64,000 nt of DNA, taken from Bigelowiella natans CCMP2755 (lineage: Eukaryota > Protista > Cercozoa). Shown piece by piece: positions 28,015-40,664 of this stretch. Both the position numbers and the translations under genes were made by a program. The stretch covers positions 23,930 through 87,929 of the forward strand of contig ADNK01002450.1 of assembly GCA_000320545.1 (NCBI GenBank). The letters run 5' to 3'. The first letter of the stretch is position 1; each line of letters begins with the position of its first letter. The notes beneath the pieces are model-generated. The model made no database searches. It saw only the letters and a program-made list of their open reading frames with translations, and was not told where the DNA came from.

Positions 28015-28820
28015 AGTGCTACTGTCATACGTCAGTGGCTGCAGCGCACGCGCGTGTGTTCTCGTACCTTTCTCAATCAAAACGACGCGTTTACCAAAGA
28101 AGTAAAACCCGATTTTCCCAGTCATAAAACGGATGCGAACAGTCGAATTTTGCGGAGGCTTGGCGGAGTCTTTGCCTTGAATAAACAAGCATACGGTTTA
28201 AGAACGGTGCCGTGCTGGGGTGCTTAATGCACATATCGGTCTACACCCCGCGCACTATACAAGTCTGCCCCTTACACATTCTGGTTTCTAGTGAAAGAGG
28301 CTGCGCGCCGGCTACTCGTAGGAAAGTCACGTGAAATGAATTGGAAATGAGATGGAAAGGATATTACCCCAAGCGGCACATAGACAGAATATCAGGAAAG
28401 GGGCAAAGAAGAAAATTTCCAGAGCCCTGAGAGAAAAGGGAAGATCATTAATCTTCCGTAAACTTGTGTAGGCAGCATCTTCATATTCATTCTCATGTGC
28501 TCGCATGCACTGGAAAAGCTCAAATCTGCTTTCGCTTACTCTCAGCTTTGGAAATAATTATAAGCCCGAAATATCTATGAATATTGTTGAGTTTGCGGTA
28601 AGGCCATTATCATGGCATCGCGCATCTTCTTCACCATCAATATCATCATCACAATCATCGCTTTTCCCGCATCGTATCCCTCTGCGCATAGAAAGCAGCC
28701 GAAAGCATGTGGAAGGCGAGACGCCATTTCTCTCTCACCAGAGCGTGAACATTCTCACAAAGAAGTCTTGAATCAAAGTGAGTATACTGGACCACACCTA
28801 ATAATAATCATAACACATGT

Positions 28821-28867
<47 letters not shown>

Positions 28868-30011
28868 CGTGTGTGTGTGTGTGTGTACTACATGCGACAG
28901 AAGGTTGATTGACACTGATCTAACCCTAATTTCGCCTAACTAAATGTGCCGATGCAAAATCTCATCTCAGCCGTCTAGAGCGTGCAAGTTAGACCAACCC
29001 AGTCCTCGGTCCTATTCTGCGCTTGGAGCGCGAGAACGGCCATCAGAAACCAGCAGCCGAGGGCGAAGACGCAGGAGAGGACAATTCCCACAATATCCCT
29101 CTTCGTGTAGTCGTGGTTTGTGGCGTTCTGTTCGATTAGCGACACACGTGGTTGAATCAGCAGAGATAACGAAAACTATGCAAGAGGCGCCGACTAGAAG
29201 CGTATTGCTGCCGAACGAAGCAAGCCGCACCGCAGCTGCTCAATACGACCTTCTCATCGCTTATCACGATGCAGCCGCAGCAGCTTTCCACCGGCCGCAC
29301 CGGCTTGCTAGCCTTGTCAGCATCGCCCTCGTTGTCCTTCATGCTGTAGTACTCATCGGCGTCGTAGGGAGACGGGGGAATCCCATGATGGCGAATGTTG
29401 GCGCTGAAGCCGAACCTCCGGCCAGTCTTCGAGTCCAATGGAATGCCTTTTTTTTAAAGGTAACTTTGAGATGTGGACGTTGCGTCACGCAATAAATCAA
29501 GGGAGGATCGCTTAAAGAGCTACGGCTAATTGCGGCAAGCGACTGGGCTAACGACATCTGGGGGGGGGGGATTGCCGTTGCTTCCAGGGCACAAGGCCTC
29601 GCAAATTATTGCTCAAAGGTATGGCTTGCGAAGCCGCCGGCGAGGGGAGAGGTGTTGGTAGCCGCATATCTTTCTCGAAACCCGATTGTAATTCAACCGC
29701 TTTGTTTTGAAATAAAAACTACCAGATCGGGTTGTGATGTATGCGCCCGCAGCTGCGGATATTGCGAAGACGTTGTGGCGGCGGTCATGATGCTCGTTGT
29801 CCTTCCCTTCGTGATGCTGGTTTTCGTCAGCCTGCGTTTCGGGTTCGGGGGGGGGGGGGGGGGGGGGGGAGGGGAGGAAAGGGAGTGATAAACGAATCTG
29901 GGAAATAGACCATCGAGAATTCCTTTATTGTTAGTATTATAAGTATTATTCTCTTAGCAAAGTGTGTAAAGCAGATGTGTTCTTTAAGTTGACAATATCA
30001 TCTTTATATAA

Positions 30012-30052
<41 letters not shown>

Positions 30053-30171
30053 TAATATATTCACATCCAGTAAACACAGACATTATCGGCCTCATTAGCA
30101 TCGTCTCCCTCTTCATTGGCTTCAAAATCCATCTCGTCACCTAATTTGAAATATTTTGATAAATATATATG

Positions 30172-30227
<56 letters not shown>

Positions 30228-30344
30228 AGTACAAACAATATATAGGAACACCGTCGCAAAATCCACGGTAAATGTACAGGCCTCACAACCCAAAAAATGC
30301 AAACGAATAGATTTATCAAAACAATCTCGAGGGATCACTGATAT

Positions 30345-30379
<35 letters not shown>

Positions 30380-30690
30380 CCATTTTCGCCCTCATATAAA
30401 CATAATCCAAACCCCCGGCACCTGTGATGAGCTGTATCACCAGCCCGATAAGCCAACAATACTTCATCAGGAAACTCGTTGCACGGTGTCCATCGATGTG
30501 AAATAAGAAATCTTCGGGTTTGTCCCGGGCAAAAAACTTCCCGAACACCATAGGAACTGGGAGGGAGAAGAGGAGGGCGACGATTACGATGGACGCCTGA
30601 CCCCCGATGAGTGGAAACGACTGCTGCTGACCTTTTGGATAAAACGCATGCACACAGAACGCGGATGAATATAAAAGTATATACATATAA

Positions 30691-30728
<38 letters not shown>

Positions 30729-31110
30729 AATATGTATATATTGTATGTCTCCTTTCGGCGACTACATGTGCACAATGATTGGAAAAACACATCCAGTGTT
30801 TCCTCCTACTCGTTTATTAGGCACTCAGCGTTAAAAGCACACGATTTCTGCCGAATCATGGCTGCACGCATCAGCCGAATTCTCTAATGCGTGCGGTTTG
30901 CCAGAGTCAATTCAAACAGTTGGTACTAATTCTACTACTGCCGCTGCGGGTGTAGCGACCTTCAAGTAAGGAGCACACTGCTGACGCGTTGAAAAGCAGG
31001 ATGAACACGACAGTCGCTCGCTTAAAGGAATTCATATAATCGCCTTCATGCCGAATGAAGATGGAGGTCCAGGTATGCTTTATTCTTCCCGCCCTAGCAC
31101 ACAGAGACAA

Positions 31111-31148
<38 letters not shown>

Positions 31149-31277
31149 AACATTTATACCCATATATTATATTTGTATACATACAATATATACATACAAT
31201 ATATATATATATATATATATATATAGTATTTATAAATTAAGTATTCCTAGTCAAGAGACGTTTACCCTGCGCGTGCG

Positions 31278-31318
<41 letters not shown>

Positions 31319-34300
31319 TACGCACACCCCCCGTAATCTCCTTCACCTCGCATTCACGGGAAAAGTAACGTACCATATTATTCGTTCCTTGACAATTTTC
31401 CACGAACGAGGTGTCTGCGTAAGTGTTTGCACCGAGAGATGGTTTTTCAGCTTCCAGAAATCGTCCGAGGCTTGCGGCAGAGCCCGGCGTAGATCGCGGT
31501 CTTTTTTGCACGAATACGCACCAACGGCCATGTAAATTAGGACGACGAAGAAGCAAAACAGCATGATCGGCTGATCCATTGCAAATGCCTCCGCTTTGAT
31601 GTCCTCGGCTGATATCGTGTTGATGTTGACCTCGGCCTATTTTGTGTGGGGCAAAAGAATCAAAAGTTGGAAAGGGGCTTCACCAGAAGAAGGCGCTTTG
31701 GAAAAAAACTTTTTTGAAAAAAAAAATCCCTTTCGAAACACATCTGTCGCAGCACCACACACGTAGCTGCGCGGTGTCCTAAAATGAACCGTCGATAAGA
31801 AAAACGGGCGCCCCCTCCAATCTTAACCGCACAAACGCAGCAAGACCGAGAAAAGGGGAGGGGGCGGGCGGGAGAGAAACGAGGGAGGGGAGAGACAGCC
31901 AAAAAAAAAAGGCGCCGGCGCTTGCCAGATACACACATTGAAATCGGTGAGATGGTTCGTCAAGCACGTGAAGTTCTCCGGATAAATCGACTCTAGAAAG
32001 ACCCCGTCCGTGGACCAATTTGCCCTCGCATCTTCCCAAAAGCGGCACTCCAGATCGTGGTACTGGCTCTGCGCATCATCGACGCGGAGGCCAGGCGGCA
32101 GCGGAAATCCAAGCGTGAAGTTCGTCGGTGCATTCGTGATATTCAGAACGACCCCCCCCCGCATTACGTCTATGGACAGCAGTCCGGAGGCGCCGCCCGA
32201 GCTTCCGAGAGGGGGGGGCTGCGCGGGATAATTGGACAATTTCTTAAAACCAACACGGATACCGATGCTGGCACCTGCTGCAACGAGGCCTGCAGGCAAG
32301 GCCCCGAGCCTCACAAAGGCGTCCTGGCTCTCGACGGGTATTACATTGTCATCAAACGCCGTTACGGAGACTTTCGCAACGACGAGAGCAGCCCCAGGAA
32401 CCGCGATCTGTCAAGATGTTGGCCATTAGTGAGCTATTAGTAACAGTGTGCCGCAAACAAGTGATTCATGCATGAGATATGTCCACAGACACCGCTTTGT
32501 CCCGCCCGCCTCCCCCCCCCCCCAATACGTTTCAAACAGATTCTAGAAGCTATCTCGCATTTAGGACCTCCACAGGATCCTCATCGACGGTGAGGTCTTT
32601 CAGTAGCCGTTCCGTCATCATGAGCGACATATTTCGCGAGAATTCATTGAGCTCCTCCCATTCCCGCTCGGAATAACCGCTAGGATTTCCAGTCAATGAG
32701 TCGAATATCTTGTCTACAGAGTCCAGAGTCGAGCGCAGCGATGGGACGTCAAAGTCGTCTGGGGCTTGCCGCAGCAGCCGTGACAGCATACCGGCACCAA
32801 GATCTCGAGCAGAAGAGCTGATTTCCTCCGGAGACGAGTAAGAATAGACCGTCGCGCACAGCCCTGTCAGCGAAGACACCAACGACGATTTGCCGGCTAC
32901 TTTATCGATTCCCGTGCTAAGAAGGTTTAGATTGCTGGCCAGTTGGTCAACGGCCTCAACCTTATCTTCCAACAGCAGCGGCTCAACCGGCACTGGCGAC
33001 GATGGCGATGACGAAAGAGGAATACGCAACGCAGCCGCGACCCCCTGGATCATCACTGCCGCCGTCATCACATCCCCGCTTTCCACTAAGTCATCCGTTA
33101 TCGTATTCAACCTCCTGACGTCTGCTACTGAGAGTGCCTGCGGCTCAACCTCGACGGAGAACGAATACATGCTGTATTCCCCGAGAGAGTCAGCTATGGA
33201 GGCGGAGATATCGAGCCTGGTACTGTTCACGGGGGGGGCTGGGAGGAGCGTGGGGAAGATCGGAAAGGCCTGCCCGAAAGACAGCTTCACGAAGATTCCA
33301 CCGGCGTCTTTCCGCGAGAATTCGTACGCCAATGGAAGATCCACATCCTCCCATCCTCTGCATTCTAGACTGAATATCGTCAAAAGAGCGACGCCACTCG
33401 AGGGGTTAGCACCGCACGTGCCTAATACTGGCGGCCCATTGGTTCGGAACTCGATTATCGCTGCGAGCATGAATAAAAGCGAGAATGTAAACGTAGCGAA
33501 CCAGACAAGGGGGGGGGGGGGGGGAGACAGTAGGAGGGGTTTTGCAGCGCGGAATACTACATTAGATAATAGGACAAGAACGACTTAACAGTACGTCAAA
33601 ATAAGAGCGGAAATGAAAGCGATAAAGGCCATTGCACGTGCCACAGCACATCTCAAATCTCTCGCGAAATGCAGCAGAGAGGCTGCATTCGCTCTATTTC
33701 ACCAACAATGCTCGCTCGCGGGCCGAAAATAGCCAACAGCATACAACGTAAAGAGATGGCCGTAACGAAGCTACTACTTACCCGATCCAACCGAGGAGTC
33801 TTCGATACTCACGGCCTGAATACGAAATCCAAACAACGCATTGGTTGTCAATGCATCGGCACTTATCACCAACTCTAAGTTGTTTTGCGGCTCGTTGGCT
33901 AGCAAGCTGCGGTCGTTGACGGCGAAGTTCCCGGAGTCGCAGGTCCACGTGAGCTGCACGCTCGAAGCGTTGTAATTTAGAAGCGTAGCGCTCAGAGTGA
34001 GGCGCTCCTGCGTGGAATACTTTGGAGAATACGGGGACTGAACTTGCATCTTTAAGAGAGGAATCTCCTTATCGCTGACGTATATCCACTGTACAGCCTG
34101 TGCAGTGCGAATTTGCCCCCCGATCGTCTCCCCTTGTACTGTAACGCGCACCAGATAACTGGTATTCTGGGCGAACCCACCTGTATCAACAACATGAACC
34201 CCTGGATTCGTCGCGGAGGCGGCCCCGTTGAGAAAAACCGTGCCGCCGTGCGCGTCCAAGAACTCCCAGGAATACTGCAGGATGGCGGATTCGTTGGCCG

Positions 34301-37298
34301 GGTCGAACGAGCGCGAGGCGTCGAATTCGTAGGTAAAGCCTGGGACCGAGACCATCGACAATGTGTCTCCTCCCGCCAGAATCGCCACGACGGGCTCCAT
34401 CTGCACAAAGACGCTGAACCTTGTCGCGACCTCGCCGGTGTAGGTGCCATTGAGGAAGCTCCTTGCCGTCTGCACGAAGTTGTACGTCTCGCCCATCCTC
34501 AGCGTGTTCGCAGGGATAGCAAGGTAGGTTTGATTCGGCGCTGCGATCTGCACAGAGCCGTGCGAAGAGACGTTGGAGACGTCGGCCCATCGAGACGTGT
34601 ATGTAAAAACACCGGCCAAAAACGAAGAGGTGTTGCATGCGGGAGGGGTTACTCTGGGCGATATTTGCAGCAAATCACGGCGCCTAATCGTCATATCAGT
34701 GCTCCCCTGCAACTGAACGACTGGGAATGACCCCAGCACCCTGTTGAACGTGAATATCGAGAAGTCGCTCGCGTTTTGCCAATTCGTCAGCTCGATTCGT
34801 AGCGAGTACGATCGGCCAGGCAAGAAATAGTCGGAAGATAAAACCACAGTCTCGTTTGCCCTTGAAATCCTCGTCGACACGCCCGCGGGGAGAGGTGCAG
34901 ATGACGCGTTGAGATAAGTCCAAGAATACTGAAATGGCTTGCCCCCCCTCCCCATCGACTCGGCGACGGAGATCGTCAGGCTTTCGCAAGGGCCGACCTT
35001 CGTTCGACTTTTGACGATGACAGTCGGCCGGAGGGGCGCGATAGGGGGGAGAAGGGCGAGCGTTTTGCCTGCCACAAGCACTGTATTTCCAGGGTCAGAG
35101 ACGACTCCGGGAAGGAGCGTGATCGACGAGGACGCAGCAGCCGTAAAACCAGCACCCAACCCGACAACAAGGAGGTCGACCTGGGCCCACACGCACGTTG
35201 GATTTTCGCCGAAAATGGCAAGCGTGTCCTTGCTAAAATAGCCGCTGCACGGCAGGCTGGGGACGGACGTCGGGAGCGCGAACCTGCAATTGATGCGCAC
35301 GAGCGAGTCGTCCATCCGCGCCGATTTGAACACCAGCAAGGTCGGAACGGGCGCCGCGGTGGTTGGGGCGCACGAGGACGGCGAACACGTTGTCGGCGTG
35401 CAGGAGGGGTTGGCAGTAGTGGGACTTAGAGAGCTCGGGGAGAGGGAGGTCGGAGCTTGGCTGGTAGGCGCACATGACGAAGGGCTTGTGGTGGAGGGGC
35501 TGAGCGACGTCGGGGAGAGTGTGGTAGGCCCGCAAGTAGTCGGGCTCACGGAGGTTGGGGAGAGAGAGGTAGGCGCCAGGCTCGATGGCGAGCACGTGGA
35601 GGGGCTCATGGTCGACGGGCTTGAGGACGTCGGAGCGCAAGTAGAGGGGGAAAGCGACGTGGGGGAGAGGGAGGTGGGCGCTGAAGAGGACGGCGAGTTC
35701 GTGCTCGGGGCCAACGTCGTCGGAGAGCATGAGGGGGATACTGAGGTGGGGGCGCAGCTGGTAGGGGAGGAGGAGGGGGCAGCTGTCGCGTACGCTCTTA
35801 GCGCTCGAATTCGGAAGTTTTGATGATCTGCCATGTAGATGACGCGACCCCCATCGACGTCGGCGACGGATATATCAAAAATGGTGTTGAAGACTGCCGT
35901 GGACGCAGCGCCGTCCTCGGCGAAGTACGCCCTTACAGGAGAATATGTCGTGGGGGAGGGGGTTGCAGGCGCCGTGGTAGGGTGCTCGGTAGCTGGCGCG
36001 AGAGTGGTGTGAGTGGGGGCGTTTGTTAGCGGCGACAGCGTCGTGGGGCTCACCGTCGGCGATTCCGTTGTTGGTGTCTTTGTGACTGATGGCGATGTGC
36101 TCGGGGCGTTTGTTATCGGGGTATCAGTGCTCGGGCTGAGAGAGGGTGACGATGTGCTGGGTGCGCTTGTCACAGGCGTGCCCGTTGTCGGAGCTGCAGT
36201 AGCGGGGCTCAGAGAGGGCGACGACGACGATGACACATTGCCAACGGCGACGGGGCTGCCAGAGGGCGCGGTTGTGATTGGACACTGAGACGAAGGCGAG
36301 TGCGTTTGTGGCGAAGCAGAAGGCGACGCCGTCGGTGAGTCCGACGGAGCCGCGGTTTGGGGTGACCCCGAAGGCAGCTTGGACGGTGAAGCCGACGGGG
36401 CAGCCGTTGTCGGGCTGTGCGTTGTGGCCGTCGGAGCGCTCGTCTGGGGAGAGCCTGTGATGATGGAGTTTACGACCTGCGCAGCCATGTCCACAGTGCG
36501 CAGCCTATATATGTCGCTGGCGAAGTAGAGGATAGGAGGAGACGCGTATGGGTCGCACGACACGCTATGCACGTGCCCGAGGAGAGCGCTGCTGATTGGA
36601 CCGTCTCGATAGCCTGTTGTCCCCGGGATTCCCGCCACGAGCGACACCCTCATATCGGTGAGGTTCAGGGCGCGGATCGTTGACCCGTGCGAGCCCGTGA
36701 AGGCGGAGATGAAGAGCGAGTCGGTGTCTTTGTGGAAGGCAATCGAGACTGGGTAGGCGATCTTCGCGGCGGCGGAGGCGCCGTCTCGGTGGCCGACGGT
36801 GCCATCCCCTGCGATCGACAAGACGGTGAGGTTGGAGAGAATCAGCGCGCGGATTCGGTGGGCGTCCGCGTCCGCGACAAAGACGCGGCGCGACTCGTCG
36901 TTAGCGTTTAAGTCCACTGCTACATCGGTTGGGCGCTGATAGCGCGCGCTGGTGGAACTCCCGTCGGCGAAGCCGCAAGCGCCTCCCGACACCTATAATT
37001 TATTGCAGTTGGGGAGTTGTATGTATGGGGGGGGGGGGCATGGAGGCGTTCGTTAGCGTGAATATCAGCAAGGTATCGGCACTGCGTGCTTGTTTCTATC
37101 CATAGTTGAATAAGAGAGAGGCACTAACCGTTTCAGTCTCGTTGGTCAATGCACTAAAGCGTCGTATCCTGCAATTTCCTGAGTCCGCAATGTACAGATC
37201 CAGTGGCAGGGTAGAGGACGACTCCCAACGGCCAACGGCCATGCCTGTCGATCATTGCAATACATCAGCACTTTTCCGAAACAACTACCCAGTACTAC

Positions 37299-37342
<44 letters not shown>

Positions 37343-37597
37343 TTGAGAGAGAGTAAAACTATAAAAGGGATACGCGAGGCCTGGCCACAAATAACGAATC
37401 TTACAATTAGCGTATCGTTTTGTTGATATCCCGGGAATATCTGTAGTAGGAGGCTCCAATTGACCTGTTGGGGTGTTGAATTTCGCCGTCGGCGAAGAAC
37501 CATCCACCGCTCCTGTACTGTTACATACCTGTGGTGTTTGCAATTAAAACGCAGAACCTTATGCGCGAAACTGTGCATATCTGGATTATAAATTACA

Positions 37598-37646
<49 letters not shown>

Positions 37647-38197
37647 ATGTGTGTGTAAATATTTATGTGCACACGAGAAAGTCCTCTGTTCCGAATATTA
37701 CAGATTTATTCATTTCGGCTACGAGATACACACATACCCCTGTAAGATTGCCCTCGACGCTGTCCGACACAATGTACGTCACGCAGTCGTTCTGCAAGAA
37801 TTTCACACGGCAAAGAACCCACGCCGCACGCACATCGCGATCGTGAGCACGCATTTTGCACACTCAAACACGCATGGAAGAATCGTCCGTGGATCGTCTG
37901 CGGGGGGTGGGCATGTACATTAATAGATAATCACACAAAGCTGTCCATACCCATGAGATGTAAAGCGTCTTCTTTGCGCGGTCAAACACCAGGCCCCGAG
38001 GCTTCCAAGGGCTATCAAATCGGATGTGCGTCGTAAGGAATAGATTTACAGACATCATAATACTCGTTAGAGGTTCATCGCCCTATCATCGGTGCTGTGT
38101 TGTTAGCATGCATTCTTCTTGTGTTAGCTTTGGAAACAGAGTGAAAAGTATATCTCTCGCGAATATACATACATATATAAATAAATATATGTTTATA

Positions 38198-38235
<38 letters not shown>

Positions 38236-38504
38236 CGTTCTGTATGAAGCAAAACTAGCTCAATGGTGATAATGGTTAACGTACTGGTGTCGTTGCAGTA
38301 AGGTCCCAACATACGTGAAGTTTCCTTCAAGATCATCCGCTGAAATGAGCACACAGTATTACATATTTGTAGTCAGAGATTTAAAGTATTGTATTGAAAA
38401 ATGCTAATTCTCATCAATCCACGCAGATTTGAATACTTACGATATATTACGTTGAAAAGACTGCATTTTGTCTTCCAGAAAATACCAAAAAATATTTTTT
38501 TGCA

Positions 38505-38544
<40 letters not shown>

Positions 38545-38653
38545 ATACACACACACACACACACACACAGAGAGACAGACAGACAGATAGACACACACGC
38601 GCGCGCACGGACACAGATAGATACATAGATAAAGAGGGAGAAAGAGAGGGAGA

Positions 38654-38695
<42 letters not shown>

Positions 38696-39287
38696 ATGCT
38701 TTCTATTCGACCTCTTAACGTTGGCCCTTGTGTCGGCGTGAGGGTTGCAGTAGGAACTCGAGTGGGTATGGCCGTTGGAAATTTGGTTGGTTGAGGGGTT
38801 GGGAATTTAGTTGGTTGCGGGGTTGGAAATCTGGTTGGTTGGGGGGTAGGATACTTTGTAGGACGAGGCGTGTGCGTGTGAGGATTGTGGCGATGGGGAT
38901 TATGGCCATGCTTCCTCGCCAATGTCTTAGCGAAGGAGATCTCGTCTACAAGAGAACATTATGACAGAAACGAACTCTTATCATCTGCTCGGCGTTTTTG
39001 TAGGAATGATAACAGGATTCATTGCACAGAATAAGTGTCTTATTATGCAAAGTCAATGCTCACACAAGCGAGTATTGATGCATATTGCAACCCCGATTTT
39101 AAGAGGCTACTTACTGTACCGTCTTCGTCCCAACCGTTCTCCACAATGGACGCACCCACGAGAGCGATCCTACACAAACATCAACGAGTTTCTTTAATCC
39201 AAATACGCAAATAACGCAGATCCAATGCGTCTCCACAGTATCACCACGCCTAAATACAGTTATTGACCATAGAAAGAAAGGCATCAT
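24947..39287 (-). CDS. Polycystin-1-like receptor: signal peptide, His/PT repeats, NHL beta-propeller, mucin-like stalks, REJ region, GAIN/GPS, 6-7 TM segments, PDZ domain, Ser/Arg-rich tail
   Basis: Leader MMPFFLWSITVFR|IALVGA; (PTKFPTPQ)n 38740-38870; NHL repeats (LYIADSGNCRIRR, VFVADADAHRIR, IYMADHQNFRIR); REJ motifs (FDASRSFDP..LQYSW; NGPPVLGTC..P.SGVAL.T.F.LEC.GWED.DLPLAYEF); GPS CRFWEDARANWSTDGV...TCLTNHLTDF (31940-32050); PKD1-type HTWTSIF...NSFKRATVVFILLFN (~30980-31080); TM exons at ~30420-30600, 29020-29090, 28365-28790; PDZ at 27650-28175. Linkage of the exons at 24947-27250 to this gene is inferred. Confidence 0.82.
25694..25757. repeat. 32-bp tandem duplication that copies a minus-strand GTAAG splice donor
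   Basis: ttcacg(t/c)agag(a/t)cttacatggcgaggagggg at 25694 and 25726. Confidence 0.85.
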
Positions 39288-39816
39288 CGAGAGGCCTCCT
39301 CCCTCCCCACCACAAGGACGATTCCGCGGGAGTTACAGCTTCGCCGAAGGAGGATTTGAATGAATAATACATGTCAGTTTTATAGTACGACAGTGATTTT
39401 ACTTTGTCGCTCGGAGTGTTTTATAAAAGAATCTGGAGAGACCGCTGAAAGCTACTTTTGGGGCTAAGAATAGCACGGAACTTCAGTCACCAGGAGTAAA
39501 TAACAGGTAGATTAAATGGAAAAATGCATGCGACTTCTCTTTTTTTGTCGTAATAGTCGCGTCTCTCTATTGAAATAGCCTAAATTGGCCAACACATGCG
39601 CTGCACCACGTTCCGTTCAGCACAGCGCAACACCTACAACACATGTTTTGAGCATAGATAATGAATTAACATTTATTCTATCGGTAAAAGATCTAAAATT
39701 CGCTGCAAAAGTTTCTACTGAAGCCAGATCCTCGATACCCCTCCCCAAGCCGGGAATCCTAGACTTTTTTCCAATTCGTGGGTCTTGTTCGAAGAGCGAG
39801 TGGGTCGGACATACTG
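39288..39816. promoter_or_regulatory. Putative bidirectional promoter PKD1-like/VTT
   Basis: ~530-bp microsatellite-free spacer between divergent start codons. Confidence 0.45.
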
Positions 39817-40196
39817 ATGATATTTACCGTCACGGCCTCGTTGACACGGGGGAGGGCGCTGGCGTGTGTATTGCTATCTATCCTTACTCTTCCACAGGGC
39901 TTGTCTTCTGTGGTTCCGCCAGGTAGCATACTTTGCTCATCACAAAACAACTGTGAGGCGATTTGCGACCATAACTCAGCTATGATTTATATCTTTCTAC
40001 AGCAAAAGCGCAATTTGGACGGCCGCTGACTTCTTCAAGAGGGGGGAGCATACAGTTTGATGGCAATCTGGGGCCAGGAACGGCTATGCGACGTGCCATT
40101 AAGGTAGTTCAAGCACTCGCCGCCCCTCTTCCATATATATGTTAAATTTTGTGTTGTTATTGGTCTCTATCTTCCGCTCTCGCTTCCTCTCTCTCC

Positions 40197-40275
<79 letters not shown>

Positions 40276-40629
40276 TCTCTCTCTCTCCCTCTCTACAACA
40301 CGGAACCATACACGCACCGCGGTGCTATATCGTATATCAGAAGATACAGCAGATTGTTCGTACTTATTACATATCCCAAAGCAACCCCACATGTGATTGA
40401 CTGCTGTTTGGCGTCATCGATTCAACACCCACAGGTGAAGAGGCGTTTTCGTAAAGGAGGAGCCCTGGGCCATAGCTCTATTACGCGGACACAAGCGTTG
40501 TGGGATAACGAGGGGGGGCCTGAGCAAAAAGAAAAGAAGGGACGGTCACGGTCAGAGGATGGAGAGAACGATTGGAACGTCATCATGCGAGCACAGCGTT
40601 TCTGGAATGCGACGAAGATACCGAAGATA

Positions 40630-40664
<35 letters not shown>

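Noticed and set aside
28918-28945. taaccctaa telomere-like word
   Set aside because: Single unit inside an intron; expected by chance.
32890-36911. Long + strand ORFs (232, 205, 177 aa etc.) opposite the receptor
   Set aside because: Antisense shadows of GC-rich, repetitive coding exons.
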